Shown: positions 1-10,200 of the stretch, piece by piece | Layout of the letters: each line of letters opens with the position of its first letter | How positions within the stretch are numbered: the stretch's first letter is position 1 | Source of the DNA: a virus | Lineage: Duplodnaviria > Caudoviricetes | Direction: 5' to 3' (one strand) | Length of the DNA stretch: 56,425 bases | Virus record (IMG/VR): IMGVR_UViG_3300032212_000010 | Location: 1-56,425 of that record | The notes under the pieces: generated by a model | Databases searched by the model: none | What the model was told of the DNA's origin: nothing | Seen by the model: only the letters and a program-made list of their open reading frames with translations | Translations under genes and position numbers: made by a program

Positions 1-142
1 CGAACGCTTTCGCTTCGCCACCCTGCGCTTCTGCCATTACTTTGGTCAGCGCAGCGGTTAATGTAGTTTTACCATGGTCAACGTGACCGATAGTGCCCAC
101 ATTGACGTGGGGTTTATTACGTTCAAACTTTTCCTTGGACAT
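1..142 (-). CDS. tuf: Elongation factor Tu, 5' part (runs off the window)
   Basis: Minus strand reads [47 protein letters not shown] (G1 motif GHVDHGKT); lies downstream of the Tyr-Gly-Thr tRNA cluster as in tufB loci. Confidence 0.98.
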   Translation of the reverse strand, partial: MSKEKFERNKPHVNVGTIGHVDHGKTTLTAALTKVMAEAQGGEAKAF

Positions 143-195
143 TGCAGTCTCCCCGGGAATATTAAATTAAAAAAAACAAAAATCTCAAAACAATC

Positions 196-271
196 TGGAG
201 CTCATAACCGGATTTGAACCGGTGACCTCTTCCTTACCAAGGAAGTACTCTACCGACTGAGCTATATGAGC
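196..271 (-). tRNA. tRNA-Thr(GGT)
   Basis: 76-nt cloverleaf GCTCATATAGCTCAGTCGGTAGAG...CTTGGTAAG...GGTTCAAATCC...GAGCTCCA. Confidence 0.96.
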
Positions 272-360
272 AAAACTCTTACCGCCAGCTCAAACTATGG
301 CTACAGCAGCTTTTAAACATACAACCTCTATACCTTATAATATATAGGCTGCACATTAAT

Positions 361-434
361 TGGAGCGGGCGGCGGGAATCGAACCCGCGTCATCAGCTTG
401 GAAGGCTGAGGTAATACCATTATACGACGCCCGC
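361..434 (-). tRNA. tRNA-Gly(TCC)
   Basis: 74-nt GCGGGCGTCGTATAATGG...CCTTCCAAG...GGTTCGATTCCC...CGCTCCA. Confidence 0.96.
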
Positions 435-488
435 AAGTAGACCCGCACTCTCTACCAGAACAGATCATCAAATCTGCACTTACAAATT

Positions 489-572
489 TGGTGGAGGGGG
501 GAGGATTTGAACCTCCGAAGCCGAAGCAGCAGATTTACAGTCTGCCCCCTTTGACCACTCGGGAACCCCTCC
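489..572 (-). tRNA. tRNA-Tyr(GTA)
   Basis: 84-nt GGAGGGGTTCCCGAGTGGTCAAAGG...CTGTAAA, long variable arm, GGTTCAAATCC...CACCA. Confidence 0.96.
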
Positions 573-590
573 AAAAACTGGAAGCCGCAT

Positions 591-619
591 ATTTTGAAGG
601 AGCACAGCCTGGCTGTCAA
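591..619 (-). promoter_or_regulatory. Putative host sigma70 promoter for tRNA-Tyr-Gly-Thr-tuf
   Basis: TTGACA-17 bp-CAAAAT followed by a GC-rich stretch just upstream of tRNA-Tyr. Confidence 0.55.
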
Positions 620-722
620 TAAAAAGCGGCCCAATTCCTGCTTATATTTTCAAATGAAAATACATCTACAGTCTGTTTGGGCCGCCAGGTTTATTAAGTA
701 CACTTAAAAATATGCAGCGATA

Positions 723-739
723 GCCTCACTGTATGAGGC
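723..739 (-). terminator. Short hairpin downstream of the tRNA-Thr(TGT) 3' end
   Basis: GCCTCA-5-TGAGGC; no clear U-tract. Confidence 0.3.
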
Positions 740-749
740 CATCTATATA

Positions 750-795
750 TGGTGCCGGCACCATGAGTCGAACACGGGACCTACTGATTACAAGT
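750..795 (-). pseudogene. Displaced 3' half of tRNA-Thr(TGT) = left att core
   Basis: ACTTGTAATCAGTAGGTCCCGTGTTCGACTCATGGTGCCGGCACCA: anticodon loop, T-arm and CCA, but no D-arm or 5' acceptor strand; identical to 53894-53939. Confidence 0.92.
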
Positions 796-947
796 TATGC
801 AGCAGGTCATTGCCAAACCCTTGTAATCACTAACAAAACACCTTTAAAATCTTTTACAAAAACCGCTTTTCGTGTCGTTTAAATACAATACGTTACACCG
901 CGGTTTTCAGAATCAATTCCGATCATTGCTCTCCTTAGCGAGGGCGG

Positions 948-976
948 ATTCTATAACCTCCTAAACACCCGGTCAA
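948..976 (-). promoter_or_regulatory. Outward-facing sigma70 promoter in the phage arm, stable-RNA type
   Basis: TTGACC-17-TAGAAT plus discriminator CCGCCCTCG; same boxes and spacing at 54093-54121. Confidence 0.7.
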
Positions 977-1009
977 CCCCTTTTAACAACAAGCAAACGC
1001 AATCCTCAA

Positions 1010-1022
1010 TAAATCATTGATT
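1010..1022 (-). promoter_or_regulatory. IHF consensus site in att arm
   Basis: AATCAA-TGAT-TTA fits WATCAANNNNTTR; copy 2 has AATCAA-AGGC-TTG at 54155-54167. Confidence 0.5.
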
Positions 1023-1131
1023 TAGAACGATATATTTTTAATTCAAAGCTTGCTTGCACGCCCAAATCAAGCATTACTTTAGGCATTGAAAACAACTCAC
1101 ATTTAACTATCAATCTATAAGGAAAAACCCA

Positions 1132-1563
1132 ATGCCAATATCAAAAGCTCAAACACACATTCTTGAACTCGCTTTTGCCAATAATGGTTTTTTTGATCCA
1201 GCCATGTCAGCTCTTCGCGGTAGCGCATTAACTAAAGTCATCACCGCATTACAAAATAAAGCATTTCTTACAACTAGAACCAAACAAGGCTACCCCATTA
1301 CCAATACGGGCAGAGAGGCACTGGGCATTCAAGCCCAAAAACCAACCCCGCGCAATGCCCGAGAAGGCTCAAAAACCGCAACGCTTATAAAAATGTTACA
1401 ACGCAAAAATGGCGCAACCAACGCACAGATACAAACCGCCCTTAACTGGCAGCCTCATTCGGTACGCAGCATGATTTCGGGAACACTGAGAAAGAAAATG
1501 GGTTATGACGTCATCACTGATATCAACAATTCAGGCGACCTGATTTACAGAATCGCCATTTAA
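1132..1563 (+). CDS. DUF3489 winged-helix protein
   Basis: C-terminal REGSKTATLIKMLQRKNGATNAQIQTALNWQPHSVRSMISGTLRKKMG; paralogue at 54277. Confidence 0.8.
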   Translation: MPISKAQTHILELAFANNGFFDPAMSALRGSALTKVITALQNKAFLTTRTKQGYPITNTGREALGIQAQKPTPRNAREGSKTATLIKMLQRKNGATNAQIQTALNWQPHSVRSMISGTLRKKMGYDVITDINNSGDLIYRIAI

Positions 1564-1611
1564 TTACGCCTTAATAAAAATAGTCAAACGACACGATAAG
1601 GATTTGCAATC

Positions 1612-1941
1612 ATGCCCCAACACACAATTACCCCCTTATTCCCAGAACATGGATGGGAGGAAAGCAACAACCTGCTAGATACCTTTTTCTATCAGGAACT
1701 CACCAAAGCAGAATATCGCCGAAGCCATGAAAATGAAAGCATCAAACAATCAGCACAAATTATTCATGAGAATATGTTAAATCGAATTTTAAAAATACAA
1801 ACACAAACGAACACGTGTAGCACAAAAAATCTTACACCTGAATTAACGCTCAACGATAACATTTGCAAAACATTAAACCTGCCAGCACAAAGCATTACAT
1901 CACGCTTAAACGAAGCATATCTTCTGAAAGACAGTGTTTGA
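1612..1941 (+). CDS. Hypothetical phage protein
   Basis: AAGGA SD; ORF conserved at 54756-55073. Confidence 0.7.
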   Translation: MPQHTITPLFPEHGWEESNNLLDTFFYQELTKAEYRRSHENESIKQSAQIIHENMLNRILKIQTQTNTCSTKNLTPELTLNDNICKTLNLPAQSITSRLNEAYLLKDSV

Positions 1942-1967
1942 CAAATACAAATTTTATTGACTACTAT
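1938..1967 (+). promoter_or_regulatory. Putative sigma70 promoter
   Basis: TTGACA-18-TACTAT, retained in copy 2 (~55082-55111). Confidence 0.45.
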
Positions 1968-2073
1968 TGGCGTGTTATTTTTACGTTACTTAAATAACAT
2001 AACAACCCCATAAATCGATAAGAAATAAACAAGCGAGGTAACAAAGAAATGAAATTTTTAAATAATTAAAAAA

Positions 2074-2146
2074 ACGCAAGTTCAAGGTGCGCTAACACCC
2101 TGAACCCACTAACCACCAACAACTGAAAGAGGAGTTGCTAATGGCT
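2074..2146 (-). ncRNA. SymR-like antisense RNA / symE-type leader
   Basis: GGTGCGCTAACACCCTGAACCCACTAACCACCAACAAC...GGAGTTGCTAATGGCT resembles the symE 5' leader as recalled; conserved at ~55228-55299. Confidence 0.5.
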
Positions 2147-2446
2147 AATTGTAATATTACGTCACGACCCCCCATTGTCGGAAGCTTTTTTTCCACAATA
2201 GGTTATATCCCACCAGCGCCGACCCGTTTTTGTGTTTCTCGGCCGTTTTTACCCACTATTCAATCGCTTAAATCCATGACTTATATGGAAACCCTGTGCG
2301 CGCAAGTATGCTTCCTGCCCACATCAATTAACGTCAATGCGGATAACCATCGGTTAATAATCGAGGTCCGGTCTATTGAAATACACTTGAGTTTGTCACT
2401 GGTGCAAAAAAGGCCGCCATGGTTACATGCGGCCCTTTCACCTTAA
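2141..2446 (+). CDS. Divergent SymE-like (type I toxin-like) protein
   Basis: GGAG SD and ATG behind a symE-type leader; weak resemblance only (TIGY...PTI...F..TSINV...LII); same length in copy 2. Confidence 0.4.
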   Translation: MANCNITSRPPIVGSFFSTIGYIPPAPTRFCVSRPFLPTIQSLKSMTYMETLCAQVCFLPTSINVNADNHRLIIEVRSIEIHLSLSLVQKRPPWLHAALSP

Positions 2447-2519
2447 CCGGGCGATATGTACGTAAAAAACACATTAGCCAGGTGGTTGCTACCGACGCTT
2501 TTTTAAAGCGCCGGTTTCC
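2406..2519 (-). ncRNA. Candidate structured sRNA ending in a rho-independent terminator
   Basis: Three hairpins whose mismatches are G-U pairs on the minus strand, then a U-tract; differences from copy 2 fall in loops or keep pairing. Confidence 0.5.
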
Positions 2520-2550
2520 AATAATTGACAAACATTTCAGGGATAACACT

Positions 2551-2796
2551 ATGACGTTAAAAGATCGTTTTATCGAAGCGGTTAAAAACGGTGAGCTAGG
2601 TACCATGGACGACCAGGGTACCATGGTCACATTGCAGGAATTTAGAGACTATTTTTCAGATATTAAAACCCAGTACATCTTATCGTTTTTACCCGCCGCA
2701 ACTATTGAGCCGGGGCAACGCACGATGACACACACCAAGTTTGTTTTTAGAATCAGCAAAGGCGTTTATCGGGTGCATAAAGATGCTTTACGTTAA
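2551..2796 (+). CDS. Hypothetical protein (MTLKDRFIEAVKNGELG...), possibly DNA-binding
   Basis: AGGGA SD before ATG 2551; near-identical paralogue 55704-55961; the longer upstream extension is not conserved. Confidence 0.7.
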   Translation: MTLKDRFIEAVKNGELGTMDDQGTMVTLQEFRDYFSDIKTQYILSFLPAATIEPGQRTMTHTKFVFRISKGVYRVHKDALR

Positions 2797-2931
2797 TTGT
2801 GCCTAAATATTTTATCGCACTCAAAAAGACAGCATTATGATTTGGCACGAAAAGATAATGGATTGTCACAAAATGATTCGCTTCAGCATTTAATTTCATT
2901 ATGCTTACATTAAGACAACCAACCCCTTAAG

Positions 2932-2947
2932 TGTGATTTATATCACC
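2932..2947. promoter_or_regulatory. CRP-like site upstream of the lipoprotein-TPS operon
   Basis: TGTGA-tttata-TCACC (9/10 match to TGTGA-N6-TCACA). Confidence 0.4.
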
Positions 2948-3043
2948 CTATAGAAAATCCTTCGCATGGCTAGAAATACCGATTTTCGGTATACTCGGGC
3001 GTAAATTTTGCTAAAAAACCACCTTACTACACAGGATGATGTA

Positions 3044-4234
3044 ATGAACTCAACCAAGCTCCCTAGAACCACTCAGCGTTTACCTCTTTTTACAGCGGCC
3101 ACACTCAGCCTGTTTGCGCTGTTTGGCCTACAGGCCTGTGGTGGTGGCGGTGGTGGCGGTACACCCGCAGCCCCTACATTAAGCATTGCGGCAGCCAGCG
3201 GGCTTGAAGGTAATACCGGGGCAACCGATACACTTGATTTCAACTTGGCACTGAGTGCCGCGGCAAGCAGTGATGTAACCGTAACCTATAGCACCAGCGA
3301 TGACACCGCGACTACGGCTGATTCTGATTACGTTGCCAGCACAGCGGCAACGTTGGTGATTCCAGCAGGTGAAACATCAGGCACCATTAGCATTACGGTT
3401 ACAGGCGATGATTCTATCGAAGCCGATGAAACCTTTAATTTGCAAATCAGCAATGCTCAAAATGCAACCATTGCAAATAACACTCAAACCGTAACCGGCA
3501 CCATTCAAAGTGATGACACATTGGCCGGGTATTACACAGGCGATTCATCCATTGTTGAAGTGGCTGGTAATTCAGCCGTTGACCTTACCGGCAATATGCA
3601 GGTGATAGCTAATGGCATTAGTCAGATGGCAGTAATGGATATTACTGACCCAGACCCGATAAATCATCTTGTGTATATTGTTAACTTAAATAATGATGTT
3701 TCTCAAACAGAATTCACTGCAACTGCACGTATATATAAGGGAGGGAATTTCGTAAGAACCACAAGTGTGAGTGGAGCATTTGTAGCAAGCACCTCTGTTG
3801 AACTTACAATGAGTGGCACAGGTGATTATGCTAATGGCACGATAACGTTGAGTTATAGCGATAAGAATGATGATGTGCCTTTGGTGTTTGCTGATACGAA
3901 CCAATGGCAAGATACTGGGCCACCAGCTGCTGGTTTAGGATTTACTTCAAACACCGACATGAGCATAACTACGATCGGAGATGTACCATCAACAAGCATT
4001 AGTGATTGTGCCGCTGATTCTGTTAGCCTTCAAAATGTAGTGTCTGAACAAATAGGCCGTATTCGCTCATTTAATGCTATGAGCGATGGAAACTGTAATC
4101 CTTCTATTATTCTTGATGGCTATATCACCAGTTACGATACTGCCCCATCTACACTGCCTGATGAAGATAGGGTGTTATTTATCTGGTTTAATGATGATAG
4201 CGTTCATGCGGCAAGCCTAACACGAGTTTTTTAA
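3044..4234 (+). CDS. Lipoprotein with Calx-beta domain
   Basis: Lipobox LQAC then poly-Gly; Calx-beta pattern (VTVTYSTSDDTAT...DY...LVIPAGETSGTISITVTGDDSIEADETFNLQISN); ATG 3044 preferred to TTG 3008. Confidence 0.8.
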   Translation: MNSTKLPRTTQRLPLFTAATLSLFALFGLQACGGGGGGGTPAAPTLSIAAASGLEGNTGATDTLDFNLALSAAASSDVTVTYSTSDDTATTADSDYVASTAATLVIPAGETSGTISITVTGDDSIEADETFNLQISNAQNATIANNTQTVTGTIQSDDTLAGYYTGDSSIVEVAGNSAVDLTGNMQVIANGISQMAVMDITDPDPINHLVYIVNLNNDVSQTEFTATARIYKGGNFVRTTSVSGAFVASTSVELTMSGTGDYANGTITLSYSDKNDDVPLVFADTNQWQDTGPPAAGLGFTSNTDMSITTIGDVPSTSISDCAADSVSLQNVVSEQIGRIRSFNAMSDGNCNPSIILDGYITSYDTAPSTLPDEDRVLFIWFNDDSVHAASLTRVF

Positions 4235-4289
4235 AAATTTTAAGCGTAAAAAAACAATTCTGTGATGTTTTGTAAATAGGGAAATTATT

Positions 4290-7200
4290 ATGAAAACTGG
4301 AAATAAAAATACAGCTTTTTCAGGATCATTAGCTGTAATAAGCACAACATCGCAGATTTTATTTTACTCACTGATTTTATCAAATTTAACACTAACCCCT
4401 TACGCTCACGCAGGCCCCACCGGTGGCAACATTGTCGGCGGGGCCGGCAGCATTAATCAATCCGGTTTAAACACCACCATTAATCAAACTACCGGCTCAA
4501 TGGCGATTAACTGGGACACGTTCAATATCAACACCAACGAGCGAGTTCAGTACCTGCAACCCGATGTTTCATCTATTTCATTAAATCGTATTCTCGATAA
4601 TAGTGGCTCAAAAATTCTGGGCAGTATAGATGCTAATGGAAAAATAATTCTGGTTAACCCCAATGGCATCTTCTTCGGTGCCAACTCACAGGTCAATGTC
4701 GGCAGTTTAGTCGCATCAGGTTTAAGCATTTCTCCCACAGATTTTATGAACGGCAACTATATGTTTAATGAAGTGCTGGGCAGTAAAGGCACAGTCATTA
4801 ATAAAGGTTTATTAAATGCGGCTTCAGGTGGCAGCATTACCTTGCTCGGCAAGCAGGTCACAAATGAAGGCGTAATTAGTGCAACGTTAGGCCGGGTAAA
4901 CATGGCCGCCGGACGACAGGCCGCATTAATTTTTAATAACGAAGGCACCATCGGCGTAAAAATCACCAAAGAGATTTTACAGGATGAATTAGGCATTGAC
5001 CCTGCCCTGTTAAATAGCGGTGAAATTAATGCTGCAGGTGGACAGGTTTTGTTAACCGCCAGTGTGAGTCGGGATGTGTTTTCACAGGCGGTGAATTCTG
5101 GCACATTATCTCAGGCCACCAGCGTGGTGGTAAATCCCGATGGCAGTATGAGCTTAAAAAAAGGCGCTGATGTGGTTAATAGCGGTGCGATTAATGTTTC
5201 AAGCAGCACCGACATTAAGCGTGCGGGTGATGTGGTTGTTCTTGGCGAGAACATAAGCCAAACCGGCAACATTAAAGCCGACTCTCAAGCTGGTAGTGCC
5301 GGCAATATTGAATTACATGCGGGTAATAAAGTTGAATTACTAAACACGGCCACATTAACGGCCCGAGCTGACATAACCGAACCAGAAACCATGGGCACCG
5401 GTGGCAATATTAAAATACTCGGTGATAAAGTAGGTTTACTGGATAACAGTGTGGTGGATGTTTCAGGCACCCATGGCGGGGGTGAAGCTTTAATTGGTGG
5501 CGACAGGCAGGGAGAAAATAAAAATATTCGCAATGCCGAGTTTTTATATATGGGCGAAAACGCGAAAGTGTATGCCGATGCAATTGAAAACGGTAACGGC
5601 GGTAAAATAATTACTTATGCTGATAACACGGCAAGAATTCATGGTAATTTATTTGCACGGGGTGGCGAGCTAAGGGGTGACGGTGGCTTTATAGAAACCT
5701 CAGGCAAACTGGGCTTTAAAATTTCAAATGCGCCAGACACATCCGCTGTTAAGGGTGATGGCGGTTTATGGTTGATTGATCCACGCAATATCATCATTCA
5801 AAATGGCGATGGCACTAATGATAATAATTTTTTAGAATCCGGCACAACCATTTATACCTCAAATGGCTCTTTATCCGTCATAGAAACTGCAACTCTGCTA
5901 ACCGGACTTGATAGCGGCAGCATTGAAATCGTCACGGGCGGTGGCAGTAGTGACAATGGTGACATTACCTTTAATGCCAACCTTGATTACAATGGAAAAG
6001 GCACCGGGAAAAGCCTCACGTTAAGCGCCTTTAATGAAATTAATTTTTCAGATAATGCGAGTATTTTTGATTCCGTACCTCTGGGTGATAGTTTAAGCGT
6101 AGAACTTCAAGCCAATACCGGAGGAAACTCTAATAATGGCACAGGGAATATTAGTTTTGGAACCAACACATCTATAAATACGGGTGGAGGCAGTTTTATC
6201 GCATCAGGTGTTGGCTTTAATAGTGGGACTACGACGATTAGCGTGGGTGTTGGCTCTATTAATTTAGATGGAATTAGTGGTGACGTTACTTTGGGCGATC
6301 TAACAGCTAATGGAACAATCGCATCTAATTTAAGCATTCAAAATGCAACAAACATATTTCAACAATCTGGTTCAACTATAATAGTTGGTCGTGATACCTT
6401 TTTAGGTGACGCCTCAACCAATACAGTTTCATTAGACCAACCATTTAATACATTTGGTCGAAATATTGTAGTAAAAGCAGACACTGCAACAGTAACCGGC
6501 ACTGGAAGAATTCGACTCGATTCCGGCTCAAATATCACAACCGCACTAAATCTAACCTCTACAAATGGCGGCACTCTTGCCTCAACCAACTCAGGCACCA
6601 TCTCCGTAAGCAACGGCTCAAACAATGCCATCGCCACCTTCAACACCACTGGCGATGTCGATTTCAACAACAATAACAACTTCGATAATGTTAGCATTTT
6701 ATCTGCTCGAGATGTCACCCTACGCGACACCTCGGGAAATATCGCCTTAAGCGCCAACAACGGTGCAGATACCGGCGGCCTAACAGGCAAGTTAATCGTA
6801 ACCGCAACCGCAGGCGATATTACTGACTTTGGCGAAATCAATGTCGGCGGCACAACCGATTTAACCGTCGGCAATAATCGAAATATTATTTTAGATGAAG
6901 CTTTAACTACCTTAAGTGGTCAGATTACAGTTTCTGCCGGTACCGGTAACAGCTTTGATAATTTAACCTTAACAGATACCACTGGTATTAGTTTACAGAG
7001 TGTGGCCGTTAATAATAATCTTTTTTTAACCGGTGATACGGTTAATCTAGGACGCACGGCGGGTACAACTACCGCAGCAAATTTAACTGTGAACACTACA
7101 TCTACTAGTTTCCTCACTACAAATCCAATTACACAAACTAACCCCCTCAACATCTCCGGCACAACGACACTAGCTGTAAGTGAGGTATTTCAAGGTATTT

Positions 7201-10200
7201 TACTGAGCAACACTGCGAATGATTTTTCAATAGTTAATGCAACTGCACGGACCGTTAACCTGAGTGACATCAATGCAATTTCATTAGACACCATCAATGC
7301 TTTTAACCTCACCATTAACGCCGCCATTACAGGCACGGGCAATTCAGACACAAATGTAATTACCAACGCAACTAGCACTTCGAATGTATCGGTTACGGGC
7401 ACAGCCAATCTGACCGCCCGTAACACCACGTCCAATACTAACTACAGCATTCTTTTAAACTCAGACAATAATAATTTTAGTAGTGTTTCACTGAATAATG
7501 CACATAATGTGACACTAACTGACAATGCCGATGCGATTAATTTACGCAGCCTGAACAACAGCCTAAATTCACTCAATGTCATATCAACAGGCACCCCCAC
7601 AACCGGTAGTGCCATCGGCAATATCGGAACAACGGGCGTTAGTGTGAGTGGCGCGGCTAATTTCACTGTGGCCGATAATCAATCCATTAACCTGAACGGC
7701 AGTAACACATTTACGACCGATCCGATTTTTTCTTCAGCCACACCCGATAATATAAATAACTTAATCGTCACCGACACCACCGACTTCACCCTACAGGATG
7801 ATTTAATTACCCTGGGCGATTTAAACATTAACGCCAGTAATATTGTTTTACAGAACACCAATGTGGGCAACGACCTCACATTAACCGCCACCGCCGTTGA
7901 TGCCACGCCAATGCTCATTGGTACCATTACACAATCAACTAACTTCGCGACGACTTTAACCCTGGGCGGTTTAAGCACCCTTGATGCCCGCACCATTACA
8001 CTTAACCAGTCGACTAATGATTTTCAGGGCAATGTGGTGGTTAACAATTCACTGGCTGCGGTAAATTTACGCGACAGTGCCGGGGGCATTGTATTGGGCG
8101 ATGCCAGTAACGCATTTGTTTCCAATCGCCTTACGGTTATATCAACCGGCAATATTAGCCAGGCCAATTCTATCACCACGGGCATCACTTCACTCCATGC
8201 GGGTATCGCAGATGTTTTATTCGATACCAGTGACGCGAATAATTTTACGGGTAATATTTCTATTGTTAATGCCAATGATGTCAATATCAACGATACCACG
8301 GCAACATTTATTGAATCGGCGTCCGTGGTTAACGACCTGACGTTAAATTCGGGAGGTGCGTTAACGCTAGGCAGTTCAGGGAGAACGGTAAGTGTCGGCA
8401 ATGACTTAATTGCCAACGCTGCGGGTGCTATTTCTCAAACGGGTAATTCATCGACACTAACGGTAACAGGCAGCACGCAATTTACTACAGCAATAGACCA
8501 GAGCATTACCCTTAAAAACACCACTAACCGATTTAGTGACATTAACATTATTAGCGCGGGCAATGTAGACTTATTGGACAGTGCTGACGCACTTAGTCTT
8601 CAGGGTGATGTCACCGGTTTTTTAAATGTGCGTGCCAATGGAACAAACACAGCCGGCTTTGTCATCACAACACCCGCTGAATTAAACGTAACGGGCCTGG
8701 CCACGTTTACGGTGGTTGGTGGTGAGTCAATTAATTTAAATACCGCGGGCAATACGTTTTTAAGCGACCCTATTTTTAACACGGTAAATACCGGCGATAG
8801 AATTAATCATTTACTGATTAACGACGATACGGCCCTTACATTTCAAAACAACTTAAATTTAGATGGCGACCTAACCGTTAATGCCACTGGCATTACTTTT
8901 AACAACACTCAATTATTTGCGGGTGAATTATTGGCCACCAGCAGCACCGGCCCAATACAACAAACTGCGAACACCACCCTGACGGTTTTTGGCAGCTCTA
9001 CACTGGATGGGGGCACCGGCGGCATTAACCTGGGCGAGGCGAATAACTTTCAAAGCACGGTATTCTTAACCACCAATTCACCAGACACGATCAACCTGCC
9101 CAGCAATGTTATTATTCGTGATGCCAATGCCCTTAATATTGGCACCTCCACCATTGCAGGTGATTTAACCGTAACGGCGAACATAGTCACACAATCCAAT
9201 GACACCATAGATGGAAATGGTGATGGGATTAGCGTAGCCAATGCAGCGTCTTTTACCCTCGCCGATAATAGCTCTATTACACTGGATAACATTGACAACC
9301 AGTTTAATTCCATCAGTTTTTCAGCCACGACAACCGGTGCCATTTTAAATAACATTACCATCAGCAACAGTGGTGCACTTGATTTGCAAGGTATTCAATC
9401 CAATAACCTGAACGCCACTTCACTTGGCAACATTACCCAGAACAATTTAACCGGTAACGGTGCGTTAACCATAAATAATTTAATGCAATTAGATGGCAGT
9501 AACATTACCTTAAATAATGTGGCAAACAATTTTAATGATGTCACCATTCTATCCGGCTTAGCGGTTTCTATCACCGATCGCAATGCGCTCAATTTTATGG
9601 CCACATCAAACATTAACGATTCGTTAACCCTCGAAGTACTGACGGGGGATATTAGTAATGATGTGGCGGCCTCACTCAATATTACCAACAACGCATTATT
9701 AACCGCGAGAAATGGCGACATTGTATTGGACAGTGGCCTGCATGATTTTAACAGCGTGCAGTTAACTTCATCGGGCGATGTCACCCTCACCGATACCAAC
9801 GCGATTGACCTAAGAAACTCGATTATTAATGGCGATTTATTGATTAGTGCCGATACCAGCATGGGCGGTGTTGATAACAACATCATTAACACCAGCGGTA
9901 ATATTCAGGTGGATGGCAGCAGTCGTTTTATTAGCTCTGCCGGTGCCGATATATTATTGGCGCGTACCGGTAGCAATCATGCATTTACGGGGAACATATC
10001 AGCAACGGGTGCAAATAGCACCCGCTTAAATGATGTGCAAATTAACAATAGTAACGACACCCGTCTGCAGGATATTACGGCAACTAATTTACAAATTGAT
10101 ACTAGCAGCAACATCATTGATGTGGGCATAATTGATATCAGTAATTTAACCGACCTGTCCACCAGTGCTGATATTAATTTAGCCGATACCCTCAGTGATA

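Larger units (their letters stand above)
747..2780 (+). repeat. Copy 1 of a ~2 kb diverged direct repeat (prophage left arm)
   Basis: Colinear with ~53891-55930; same four ORFs with many substitutions and small indels. Confidence 0.93.

Noticed and set aside
452-634. 60-aa ORF in the track
   Set aside because: Overlaps tRNA-Tyr and its promoter
879-926. Peptide MIGIDSENRGVTYCI with AAGGAG SD on the outward transcript
   Set aside because: ATG is ATA in copy 2
750-1000. Intact or intron-split tRNA-Thr(TGT)
   Set aside because: No D-arm or 5' acceptor strand nearby and no group I intron core seen; the break at the anticodon loop fits an att site
2419-2550. N-terminal extension of the 2551 ORF
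   Set aside because: Frame broken by indels in copy 2; region is better explained as structured RNA
2842-2858. Sigma54 promoter (TGGCACG)
   Set aside because: No TTGC -12 element at the required spacing
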